Origin: a bacterium
GTDB taxonomy: Bacteria; SAR324; NAC60-12
DNA length: 19,013 bases
Reading direction: 5' to 3'
Assembly (NCBI GenBank): GCA_965233585.1
Contig: CBDDTI010000275.1
Coordinates: 1-19,013 of the forward strand
Within the stretch, counting starts at the first letter, position 1. Every line of letters starts with the position of its first letter. The notes under the pieces are model-generated. The model had not been told where the DNA came from. It saw nothing but the letters and a program-made list of their open reading frames with translations, and ran no database searches. Positions 1 to 10,210 of this stretch are shown piece after piece. Made by a program: the position numbers and the translations under genes.

Positions 1-174
1 GATTCTGTAAAGAAATGGATGTTATGTAAGAGAACTCTTTACTCTGGTATCGAGTTAATTTGTGAGTTTCTCAACAATGCCTAATCATAGCCAAAACCTG
101 TTTTTGATAGTTTCTTACTGTTTCTGCTGGTTTGGCGAGTTTTTGAAAGGCATGTCTGACGGGTTTTGCTAACA

Positions 175-264
175 GTAGGCACGCGGCCCACGGCCCGCTA
201 CCCGAAGGCTTAGCGGCTTGCGGCCCACAACGGCCCTGTGGTAAATTGCTTTACGCCAGCCCTA
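175..264. mobile_element. Possible right end of a hAT-like DNA transposon
   Basis: GC-rich CGGCCC repeats ending in GCCAGCCCTA (reverse complement TAGGGCTGGC, a hAT-style terminus). The partner end is not in the window. Confidence 0.3.
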
Positions 265-344
265 GAGCCAACGTACATAAAATTGCAAAGTAACCCGTTC
301 ACTATATCAAGTTCCGTACTTTGAACCCACTTACTCCTCGAAAC

Positions 345-690
345 ATGCGTTGCCATAGTACTTGTTTCGGAGAGCAAAGAGACAAAGTGTCGCGATTGGT
401 GTTTTAAGCTGCGTTTTCAAAGCATGGTGCTGGCCATGCGTTGAAATTTTCAGGCTGTCCAGCCACATTTATTTTTTGCTTTTTGAGACACCAATCGTGA
501 CACTTTGTCTCCTTGCGCTCCGAAACTCGTGCGTTGGCTCTTGGGCTGGCGTTACATATCTTGGCTACACAGTGCTGATGAGTCCCAAAGGACGAAACAG
601 CCGTCCACAGACACTGTAGCGATCCTGCTTTATCGGTTCTCGTCTGATGTCTCGAAACGTCTTTCAGCCTTGCAGTGTATCGTTTGTCTT
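345..690 (+). mobile_element. Non-autonomous hammerhead-carrying repeat (Penelope-associated or retrozyme-like)
   Basis: 39-bp inverted repeat (364-402/488-526) followed by a type I hammerhead at 564-620; no coding potential. Boundaries approximate. Confidence 0.55.
564..620 (+). ncRNA. Type I minimal hammerhead ribozyme
   Basis: GTG-CTGATGA(575-581)-GTCC caaa GGAC(582-593)-GAAA(594-597)-C AGCC GTC(603-605)-CAC. Stem I is GTG/CAC, extended by GCTACA/TGTAGC. All conserved core positions are present. Confidence 0.85.
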
Positions 691-703
691 TAAAGATTAG
701 ATC

Positions 704-1530
704 TCAAGTTCAAGTTTTCAAGTTTCAAGTTTATTAAGAAGTTGAGAAAAAAAATACAAAATAGGATGTACCACTGCTCGCAGTTAGCTATAGCTATTCG
801 AGGCGAGCAGTGGCTTGACACTAAGTAGAATAATTACAATAACAATACAATTAAAATACTAAGTAGAATTAATTATTATCTTACAATACATTAAAATAAG
901 CTGAATACTAAATACAAAGTGAATAATTACAATTACAATACAATTACAATACTAAATAGAATTAATTATTATCGCACAATACATTAAAATAAGCTGAATA
1001 CTAAATACAAAGTGAATAATTACAATTACAATACAATTACAATACTAGGTAAAATTAATTATTATCGTACAATACATTAATATAAGATGAATACTGAATA
1101 CTGACTATTATTAATAACATTTTTGAAAAACAAAGATTCTCAGGAGAAGAAAAAGGCAGATTACATGAAAAGCTGGAAGGATAATGTAGATAGAAAGCTA
1201 ATAGAATGAACTGGGTTTAGTTTTCAAGACATATTCAAATCCAACAGATCAATATACTCATTCGCCTCCGAGAGTTTCTGAAGAAGCATATTGTGAATGT
1301 TGCGTTTAAATTTCACTTTGGGCATTTGACGAATTTCATTAGATAGGCTATTCCAGACTCTAACACCGTTTCTTGAAAAAGACATGTTTTGCTTGTCTAA
1401 TCTAGAGTATTCGAGAAAGAAGTTGCCTCTTGTTGATGATCTTGTGTTATGTGAGGTGGCGATGTGTTATTTGAGACGTCATACATTAAGACGGCAACTG
1501 ACTTGAAGTAAAGAAGATCTAGAGGTAGTA
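704..1530 (-). mobile_element. 5'-truncated L2/CR1-group LINE, 3' end
   Basis: Minus translation LPLDLLYFKSVAVLMYDVSNN.../HNTRSSTRGNFFLEYSRLDKQNMSFSRNGVRVWNSLSNEIRQMPKVKFKRNI...LNMS* (stop 1224-1226) is typical of an ORF2 C-terminus. There is a 3' stem-loop CCACTGCTCGC...GCGAGCAGTGG (771-813) and an AATAAA plus (AACTTG)n-like tail at 704-735. Confidence 0.8.
822..1100. repeat. Tandem repeat, 93-bp unit, about 3 copies, in the LINE 3' UTR
   Basis: ATTAATTATTATC recurs at 868, 961 and 1054 (period 93) with near-identical sequence between. Confidence 0.9.
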
Positions 1531-1649
1531 GACTAGTAGACAAGGACCAAAATCCTGTTTCAGACCAGCGTTATAATTAGTTCCCTAGTTCAGTTCTTTT
1601 TGATAGTGATGAAAAAGTGGCTTCTTGTATATACCCATATCAAGGCTAG

Positions 1650-1796
1650 AGTCACGGTGCAAAAACCATACCTTATGTATGACCGAAATGGCAAAAATCA
1701 GCTAAAATTGATACCCTATTTATGACCAAAACGGCTGAAAAATCTTACCCCTTGGAACCGCACCTACATAGCCCATATAAAGAAGTATGCCCCCGG
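1650..1796. mobile_element. MITE fragment (poly-G/C terminus family), one end
   Basis: Repeated ATACC.TAT.TATGACC subterminal motifs ending CCCATATAAAGAAGTATGCCCCCGG; similar in style to the end of the element at 5705-6078. Confidence 0.5.
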
Positions 1797-2753
1797 CCGT
1801 TTATCGCATGTGGTCCTATGCAGTTTGTCGTTCCTAATAAATGAAATAATACAGCCATAAAGTGCGTATGTACGAAATAAATAAATAATACAACTAATGT
1901 GTTTATAACCGCTGTTTGTTTGTCATTTTTACTCAACTAATACTACTGACACAACCTGTGGCCCTCGATTAAGAATATTTATTATAAATATTTTAACACT
2001 AAAACAAAAATTTAAATATACAAATGTAAGATCATGATTTAAAACTAAGTTAAGAAGTAAATAGTCGACATTAACAGTACTCAGTCTAAAAAGTATACTC
2101 GTTATATACCCCCGCCCCGGGCACGTGTCGCGTTGTCTCGTCCCTAACCGATGGTCACACCTCCTTCCCTATATCTCATCATAGGTAGGGAGGGCTTGAG
2201 ACATTTACTAAACCAATCGCAAACCGCCCCCTAAATAAATAAACTAAGGTGTGGTTGAAGCCAACCAGGATTCACCGGATGTCAAATCCGGGACTCGGAA
2301 TTCCACGAAAAACGTCTGCGGAATATAAATTTCACAGTCACACATATCAGTACAGCGATGAAAGCTTTGCCATCTTAGAATAAAAATGCGCTCGGGAACA
2401 GGGTGAGATGGCGCTCGAGTGCTGTTATTTCTGAGAAATAATCAAGCTCGAGCTTCTTTGTGGCCTGTCATGAGCTTCCATTTCTTTGCGAACTCTGTTC
2501 GTCTCGCGGTTTAAATGTCCAATACATCTTTGGCGTGCTTGTTCACGTCCTCAAGAGCCTCACTGCTGTAAGAACTGATTCTTTTCCAAATTACTCGAAA
2601 ACGACATCTTCTTTCAGACAAAGAATCTGCAGGGGTCAGCAAACTGAACTCTCGATCAATTCTCGTGGCCAGAGTCACTCGTCCCTATTAACCCACCAGG
2701 GCCTTGGTACGAGTAGCTTCATCCGAGCTTTAGGGGCACGGCGGAAAAACCGC

Positions 2754-2810
2754 TGCACATGCGCAGTAAATTTCGATTCGTCTTCCCGCCTTTCCATTTT
2801 CAAAATGGCG
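2754..2810 (+). promoter_or_regulatory. CpG-rich promoter with NRF1-, E2F- and YY1-like motifs
   Basis: TGCACATGCGCA (2754-2765), TTCCCGCC (2783-2790) and AAAATGGCGG overlapping the ATG at 2805. Confidence 0.5.
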
Positions 2811-2873
2811 GACGGCGAATCAACAATCAACACGTCATTGTCATGGCTCTTGGCAACATCTTGCTCGCTCAAG
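2805..2873 (+). CDS. Putative coding exon 1 of an unidentified small protein
   Basis: MADGESTINTSLSWLLATSCSLK followed by AAG|GTATTT donor (phase 0); good start context. Confidence 0.5.
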
Positions 2874-2968
2874 GTATTTATAAACAACTCGGCTACTTTG
2901 GGCAGTCACTCGTGCAGATGTTTTGACTGTGATCGAGAGGATCGAAACGGTGTTTTCAGTTTTATCAG

Positions 2969-3024
2969 GCGATAAAGACAGCTCTTCCAGGAGGAAACTT
3001 TCAGCTTTTCCAAATTCATGCGAG
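2969..3024 (+). CDS. Putative coding exon 2 of the same gene
   Basis: Acceptor TTTTCAGTTTTATCAG|, in-frame AIKTALPGGNFQLFQIHA, donor GAG|GTACCG; 95-nt intron. Confidence 0.45.
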
Positions 3025-3490
3025 GTACCGTTTTTTCCTTTTTTAAGGTCGTGTCAGGTTCTTTAAGGTTTTGAACCGCAAATTTTTGTAGCTTGTTTAA
3101 TTTTACGAAACATATAAAATATGACTTTTTTTTCGTGCTGATGAAAATTTTTAAATGCTATTTGTTCATGGACTTCTGTTTTGTGAGCTGAAGAAAGAAA
3201 AGTGGAGGACGAATTCGTTAGACGTACACACTAATGCCTAATTTTGTTGTGTTTTTCGCTTGTGTGCTATTCATTCGTGCCTTGTTTTGCCGCTTCAGGA
3301 CTGCCATGAGCTAGCGCTTAAAACTTGTACTTTGCTTATAGAGGTTTAATTAGGTATTGTAGAAAGTTGTATTGTACATGAAATACAGCTCGAAGGATAA
3401 AATAAATTGCTCTTTGTATATCTTGCCATATTTGATATTGTAAGACCGTACTACTTCGCATACTACGATTCTTGTTCCTTGGCTACGCAG

Positions 3491-3618
3491 CATTTCCCAC
3501 GGCTGTGGGCTTCGTTATTGCAAATATTTGCCCATTGTGTTAACGAAAAAAGCAATCCGCCAAAAGGGATTCTTGTTCCACTTACTGTGGAAACATTCAT
3601 TAACGTGAAGGCCTGGAG
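3491..3618 (+). pseudogene. Putative exon 3, reading frame ambiguous
   Basis: Acceptor TTCTTGTTCCTTGGCTACGCAG| and donor GAG|GTAAAT. The frame inherited from exon 2 stops near the exon end; other frames give AFPTAVGFVIANICPLC* and PPKGILVPLTVETFINVKAW. Confidence 0.3.
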
Positions 3619-3631
3619 GTAAATCGGAATT

Positions 3632-4399
3632 CGGTCAGTGTAAAACGTAACTTATACTGCATGTGCACTGTAGACGTAGGCTAAGGTATACATACATGAA
3701 CTTACTGCAGACATTATTATAATTGACTCGATCGTCTTTTATCGAGAGCTTAAACAGGCTAACTGGAGAATATATTCAGGCTACCCTAAGGTGGATACAG
3801 AGAACGGGTTTTGAGAGGCGGTCTACCCTGGAAAATTTTTGAAATTGTGGTCCTTGCCAATAAGATTTCTGTCATTCTGATACCAAATTAGTATGCTACT
3901 TTTTTTAATTTAGGGAGTTCAAATGAAATCGGCCGAACCCCCTAAATCCTACCCAGCTTAATCCGAGTGATATTCAGTCTAACCCTAGAGCTATTCAGGC
4001 TAAACCAGGGAGCAGACTCTCACTTCTTGTAGCCTTAATAAGGTTGGTTTGTTTACTGCTAACATACAGTTACTGTAGCACTTCAGTTGGCATTTTACCC
4101 TCAGTCTGCATTATAACACCTGGACTGCAGTCCAAAGTCTGCATCTTATCTTTGTACTTAGTTGTTAGAAGTTGTACATGTAATTGTAAATTTATTTGTA
4201 ATTTGTAATATCTATTTTTATTGTATTATCTTTTAGCTTGGAGAGCAGTTCTTATATGGGAATTCAGTTTCCCCCTATTGCTTTCCTTTACCTTCTCTAC
4301 CTATTTATATATGTTTTTTTTTTCTTTTTCTTATATTATTCACATATTTGTACAGTGGTATAAAGCATTATTAAACTTAAACTTAAACTTACACTGACC
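3632..4399. mobile_element. MITE with GGTCAGTGTAA termini carrying nested insertions
   Basis: GGTCAGTGTAA at 3633-3643 and TTACACTGACC at 4389-4399, with CTGCAG/GTCTGCA subterminal motifs and repeated TATTCAGGCTA motifs inside. Confidence 0.55.
4150..4390 (+). mobile_element. LINE 3' UTR or tail fragment
   Basis: T-rich UTR-like sequence ending in a (TAAACT)x3 tail directly against the MITE right end. Confidence 0.45.
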
Positions 4400-4869
4400 A
4401 CATTGGAAAATATGCTTTTTTTGCAAAAAGCACCATTGTGAGAAAACAAATGAAAACTGTATCATCCCTCCTCCCCAAATAGTAAGTTAAGTCTTGTTCC
4501 AAGCAAATACTGTATGTCATATGTCTTAAGATACTTCCAAGGAGGTTCACTAGCCTACAAGGCAGCAAAATTCTACAATTGCAGAACCTGAAACCCAATA
4601 CTTTTTACTCCTTCCGACTTTCAACCAACCTAAGGGGTCACCACCTTATTATGGAGGAATGGTTTTTGTACCCACAACACTATGAGCTATGTCAGCTGGA
4701 GTCTTGTTCTTGTGTTAGGTTTAAGGATAGGAATCAGACAAATTGTGATCACCTCCCAGAATGAGTGTTTGGCTGAGGATTGATAACCCACTCCTGTAAT
4801 GAAAAAGGCTTTAGCAGATACAGAAGACATTCAAATCTCAATCAACAAATGCCTTCCTCCAAACACGCC

Positions 4870-5008
4870 ACGGAAACTGCCAGTTCACTTTCATACTTTC
4901 CTTTTTAAAATTCCCCCCCCCCCCCCCCCCCCCACCACCACCACCACTCCTCAGAATTTCTATTGACCTCATGTGAGGTGGATATGGTTATTTTCTGACT
5001 GCACAATT
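4870..5008. mobile_element. MITE fragment with poly-C tract
   Basis: About 21-nt C run followed by GGATATGGTTATTTTCTGACTGCACAA, a terminus style I recognise from cnidarian MITEs. Confidence 0.4.
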
Positions 5009-5704
5009 CACTTTTTGGTAAATTATTCAGATTAGACTCTGATGTCTCAGCAAAATGTTTATCTCATTGAAATACAGCTTACAGATTTGCAATTCCAAAG
5101 TAACTAACTGTAAAAGCTATAGTTAACTTAACCTCTCCCATTCCCAAACGAAAAGACCGAATTCTCTATCATCATCATTCTCATCTTTATTTAAAAACAC
5201 AGTTAATACATCAGGCGTTAACAATTAAATTTAGAAGCGACAACTTATTATGAAAGACTATGTATACATACTATCTACACAGTTACGGTGAAACCAAGTT
5301 AAGCAATATCCTTCAAGATTACATTGATGAATAATTATTTGAATTTTGCACTGAATTGATTTTTTTTAACATTAAACCCATTAGCCATATTTTAAAAACC
5401 TATGTAAAATTATTTACAGCCTACTGGCAATTAAAAGTGGAAATTGCATGCCAAGTTAGAAGATTCTGTAAATAATTTCACACAAACTTCATGCCACTTG
5501 CACATTTTCCATGCATGGAAAATTGAGAGGTCAATTAAATTGACTTTTAATGGTCTCCTTTTCATCTGATGTTGAGATCACTTTGTGTGTATACACTAAA
5601 AACCTGTTAATGTCAGGGAATCACAGCCAATATTCACCTCGAATTGAAAGAATAATTATGAAATATCGCATAAACTTCCACACCAAAATACACTGTAGTA
5701 CGAT

Positions 5705-6078
5705 CGGGGGAGGGGGGGGGGGGCTCTCTATAATGGCCTATATGGGGAGGTGCTCGTCCTGAAAGAGGTACCTTTTTCAGGCTTCTTTTAGGTATTTAAA
5801 AGGGCCTTTAATGAAAATATTTCGAATAGACGCACATTACGGCTGTATCAGTTAATTTAAATTAAGTACAACATAAAAATGACAACAATACTTCCTTCTC
5901 AGCAATTTATTCATAAGACGGAGTTACATGTGGCTATGTGAAAGGGGTACCTTTTTTAAATAAAAGGTATATAAAAGGGGTACCTTTTCTGGCAAAATGG
6001 TATATAAAAGGGTAAGGGGTTGGACCTTGCGTGAAGCCTCCCCATATTAGACTTTGTTAAGTACCCCTCCCCCCTGGG
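5705..6078. mobile_element. MITE with poly-G/poly-C termini
   Basis: Starts with a G-run, ends GTACCCCTCCCCCTGGG; internal repeats of AAAGGGGTACCTTTT and GGTATATAAAAGGG. Confidence 0.6.
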
Positions 6079-7371
6079 ATTATGGTCTACTTGTAAATAT
6101 CCCAACCAAGCTGTGTACCAAACTATAGGTCATGTGAGACAAGTCAGCCGGTACCTTGTTTTGACGGGTACCAATTGACATTAACATGAACGTCAAGTAC
6201 CAAAGATGTAAGCTATAAACCAAGGCTACAAGACTTGGTAGCATAATTTTTTTGTCTTCAAACATTTTCTTTTATTTATCACTGGGGATTCCTGAAATAC
6301 TTGTTCCATACATTCCATACCCCAATTAGGTGAATATTGTTTAACCTGTGGCTGATTTGAATTTTTTTATGGAAGGGTACATATCATTTAGCATCCTCTC
6401 CAAAGAAGATGGCACTCATTTCATCCATGAAAAAAACTTCTTTGAGTTGATGTAAATGGCCAAGTCACAATGTCTCCAGCAAGAGAACCAAGTCATTAAA
6501 AGAAAGGAGGAGAGTGTTGAGGTCTAAATGTCTAAAAAGAGAGGGAAAAAATGTAAAATTAAATTAAGCTGTATTTTGGCTTCACCCTTTGAATACTTAT
6601 CACATTGCAAGAAGAAATGTCATTAACTTAGGATCCTCCTTGTTTATACACTCTATATACCATACTGAGTAGAGCATTGAAGACTATACAACTTCTTTCA
6701 ACCATCTGAAGGAAACCCCCACTCTCCTAGCGAATACCTCAGTCATTTTGCTAGGTTTGTAATTGGGAAGTTTAAATTGTTAACTAATCATCATCAGACT
6801 GTAATTAAACCTCAAAAACATCTGTCTTCAGGTCCAAAAAAATTCACAAGATAACTTAGAAACTAATTAGTCCATTTCAATAACAACAAAAAAAACCTAG
6901 TGTACATCTGTCATATCAGATTCTTAAACCACTGAAACAACGTTTAATATTTAGACTACACAAGGTAGAAATATATCCAAACGTAAAAAGGAATGTGTCA
7001 CCTTGAATAGTATGCCGATTTGCGTGCTGAACATAAGTTGGCTCGGCTTATAAAACATTCATTGCATGAATGTAAGCATTGTATTCTTAAATCTAAAATC
7101 CCAAGCTCATTTACAGTACAGCATCAACAGCTTTCGATCGCCTAATATTTTTAAAAGAACGTGGCGAAAAAAAGCCAAACGGGTCTCTCCCCAGAGGCAA
7201 GTCAAGATATGACGGGTAATTCAAATGATAGCGAACAGAATCTTCAACTTTTAAAAATTTAGACTCATCGAGCCGAAAAGTTCCGGAAGCCACACGCGAT
7301 CGAATTAGAAAATTGTACCACTTTCAAAAATCAACCATTTACGAAAGAAAAGAAAGGAAAACTTGGCTCAC

Positions 7372-7760
7372 CTTTCAATTATGGTGTGTTCATTGTGTTA
7401 GTCATCTGTACATCAAAATCTGCAGCAGAAGGTGTATTGTAAATAAACAAAGCAAATGCTTCCGCTCGCCGTGCTCGGCACGGAAATTATGAACACGACA
7501 CCAACCGACAAAGGAAATAATAACATAAGGAATAACACTCGAAGAAAGCGACAAAACCAGGCTAACATTTGAAACATACTTACTATTGCTTAATCCTCAT
7601 TCTCTACGACAGGTAGAAGTTCCATCTGGGCAAAAATCCAAAATAATCCTTGCTTTTCGATGCTCCCTTTTACAAAATGTTCAGACATTTTCGAAACTGG
7701 CTCCCGCAAATTGTCAGCGGAAAGCGCTTGAGCATGCTCCAAGACAACGGATTTTTCAGC
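7372..7760 (-). other. 5' exons of a possible spliced non-coding transcript or decayed gene
   Basis: CpG-rich start region about 7700-7830, donor GTAAGT at 7583, acceptor CTTCTGCTGCAG at 7420, 48-nt exon 7372-7419 and donor AAG|GTGAGC. Stops occur in all frames. Confidence 0.35.
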
Positions 7761-9389
7761 CAATCAGCGGTTTTTCCGCCGTGATAGCTTTAGGTTAGTT
7801 TGAGCTCCGCGCGAAAAAACGGCGGAGCGAAACAAAGGAGAGAGACTTGGTGCAGGACTGAGCCCTACTAACTTAACGCATAGAAGTGCCTATGGCGTGA
7901 GGGAAATATGACTCTGAAGACACAGCATTTCATTGGCTAAATTCTTGGACCAAGAATTTCACCAATTCAACGCTGGTTCCCTTCCTAATGATATCCTCTG
8001 GTTGCGTTTTGACTACAAGCGTTTGATCAAATCGCCTACCGCATTTCAGTGAGTTTGAGAGGCTGTCTCTGTAAAAACTGACCTCTGTTGAAGGAGCAAC
8101 ATTGAATTGTGACTGCTATGGTAGCCAAATTGTAGCAAAATTCAACACTAAAAATTCGTATCAAAACCAACAACTTGATACCTAACTCAACAAATCAATC
8201 TCAAGGTCAACACTGTTTACCTGTCAACTTCAACAACTCTATTTTTAATTCAACAATTTCCTCTCAATATCAACTCCATCAACTCCTCAATTTCAAAATG
8301 GTAATCAGTCTTAAAATCAACAGCAAAAATCAACTCAAAAAAGTTTTCTTTGCTACTGGATCAACTCTTGCTCATATCTAATTTTCAACAATCTAAAATC
8401 TGTCAAGATCAACGATTCAAAATTCGTGTCAACAAATTGGGTCCGAGCTGGTCCGTTTCTACCGAGAGAGTCTGGGGAGATTTATAAGATGGCGGACGGC
8501 ATGGCAGTGACCGTGAGGTAACACAAGCTGATCAAAATGATATAAATAGTCAATGGACTGTTTATTTTTTACAGATTTAGATGAGTTATTGAGTGAATGT
8601 GAGCAACATCGGTCAACGAATGACATCGCAATAACGGAAAACTTGACTATTTCGTTTGAAAAATGTAGTTCGAGCTTTGCAAAATGGTAGTGTCTAGATA
8701 CCTGGCAGCCGGGAAGTGTTTCTAAAATACTACATACCCTGCGGTCCAAAATTATTCCAGAATTTCCACGGAAAAACTCATTGGTCCAATCTTTCTTAAA
8801 ACTCTAGATCTTTGATTAGAAATGTCAAACGATTTCAATTATAATTTTGGCTTTGTGGTTGAGGAAATATTCGAGCTTGGAATATTTCTACAAAGCTTGA
8901 AGTTTGAACCCTGTGAGAGTATTCGACATTTGTTCAGAAATGCAAAGCGAATCTAAATAATGTTTCGCTTTTGTTGTGGTCGAATTCTCTTGGCTTCGGT
9001 ATACTATAAGAACTTCGACTCACGGGCACGGTTGTTCAGTCAAAAAACTAGATACCCGGCAGTCAAAAAATCATCAATATTCAGTACATTCAATAACCAC
9101 AAAAAACCTCTCGAGAGTGTTTCCGTTTTTTGAGCTTTGGTCGGAAACGCAAAGCGAGTTTTTACAATGTTTTGGTTTAATTTGCATAAATTGTACAAAC
9201 TTTGTGTGACTGACACTCACGGGCACGATTTTTCCAAAACTACATATCCGGCAAAGATGTCGTTGTAAAAATTGCAAGCGATTTTCAAACTTCAGGCCTC
9301 CACATTTGCCCCGGCAACGTAGCGCAAATAGCTACAAAACGCTTGAGCGTTCGGTTACGAAAGTCCGCCACAGAGAATTATGGACTTTC

Positions 9390-9598
9390 GGGCCTGTTTG
9401 CAAGGAGAGAGGGTTACCCTAGGAAGCGATTTACCCTAGAAAGCGGGTTACCCTAGCACGCATTTTCTCTTTTCGTCGTGTTTACAACGCAGCTAGGGTT
9501 ATCAGGGTAGGTGAGTTACCCTATCTTTGTGCTAGGGTTACCCTGACAGGCGGGTTAACTTTCTCCCTTGTAAACACTCCAGGTAGGGTAACCCTAGG
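9390..9598. mobile_element. Truncated Harbinger-like MITE with GGGTTACCCTAG motifs
   Basis: GGGCCTGTTT start and at least six copies of (GGG)TTACCCT / AGGGT(T/A)A in both orientations. Confidence 0.55.
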
Positions 9599-10009
9599 CT
9601 TGTCATGCGTTACTTGGGGAGGAAAGCGTGACCAACGTGGAAAAACGACTGCCGGGTATCTAGTTTTTTGAACAACCGTGTCCGTGAGTCGAAGTTCTTA
9701 TAGTATACCGAAGCCAAGAGAATTCGACCACAACAAAAGCGAAACATTATTTAGATTCGCTTTGCATTTCTGAACAAATATCGAATACTCTCACAGGGTT
9801 CAAACTTCAAGCTTTGTAGAAATATTCCAAGCTCGAATATTTCCTCAACCACAAAGCCAAAATTATAATTGAAATCGCTTGACATTTCTAATCAAAGATC
9901 TAGAGTTTTAAGAAAGATTGGACCAATGAGTTTTTCCGTGGAAATTCTGGAATAATTTTGGACCGCAGGGTATGTAGTATTTTAGAAACACTTCCCGGCT
10001 GCCAGGTAT

Positions 10010-10210
10010 CTAGACACTACCATTTTGCAAAGCTCGAACTACATTTTTCAAACGAATAGTCAAGTTTTCCGTTATTGCGATGTCATTCGTTGACCGATGT
10101 TGCTCATATTCACTCAAGAATGCATCTAAAGTTGTAAAAAATAAACTCCATTGGCTATTTATATCATTTTCATCAGCTTGTGTTACCTCACGATTACTGC
10201 CGTCCGCCAT
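10010..10210 (-). pseudogene. Truncated 5' end of the transposon-encoded ORF
   Basis: MADGSNREVTQADENDINSQWSLFFTTLDAFLSEYEQHRSTNDIAITENLTIRLKNVVRALQN, then a stop at the junction with the inner repeat. The mirror copy (about 8489-8698, +) is frameshifted. Confidence 0.55.

Noticed and set aside
643..660. CTGATGTCTCGAAACGTC, hammerhead-like
   Set aside because: A9 is missing and there is no stem II.
822..1100. CRISPR-like array
   Set aside because: Whole units repeat with no unique spacers; eukaryotic LINE context.
2141..2149. CCCTAACC (also CTAACCCTAG near 3979) as a telomerase RNA template
   Set aside because: Short matches with no recognisable pseudoknot or H/ACA domain; the second lies inside a repeat.
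2460..2975. 171-aa ORF
   Set aside because: Non-ATG start, spans a small hairpin repeat (about 2657-2716) and the promoter; only 2805-2873 looks like an exon.
6738..6797. Box C/D-like TGATGA...CTGA on the minus strand
   Set aside because: Short, no terminal stem, no guide adjacent to a D box; the CTGA fits a branch point.
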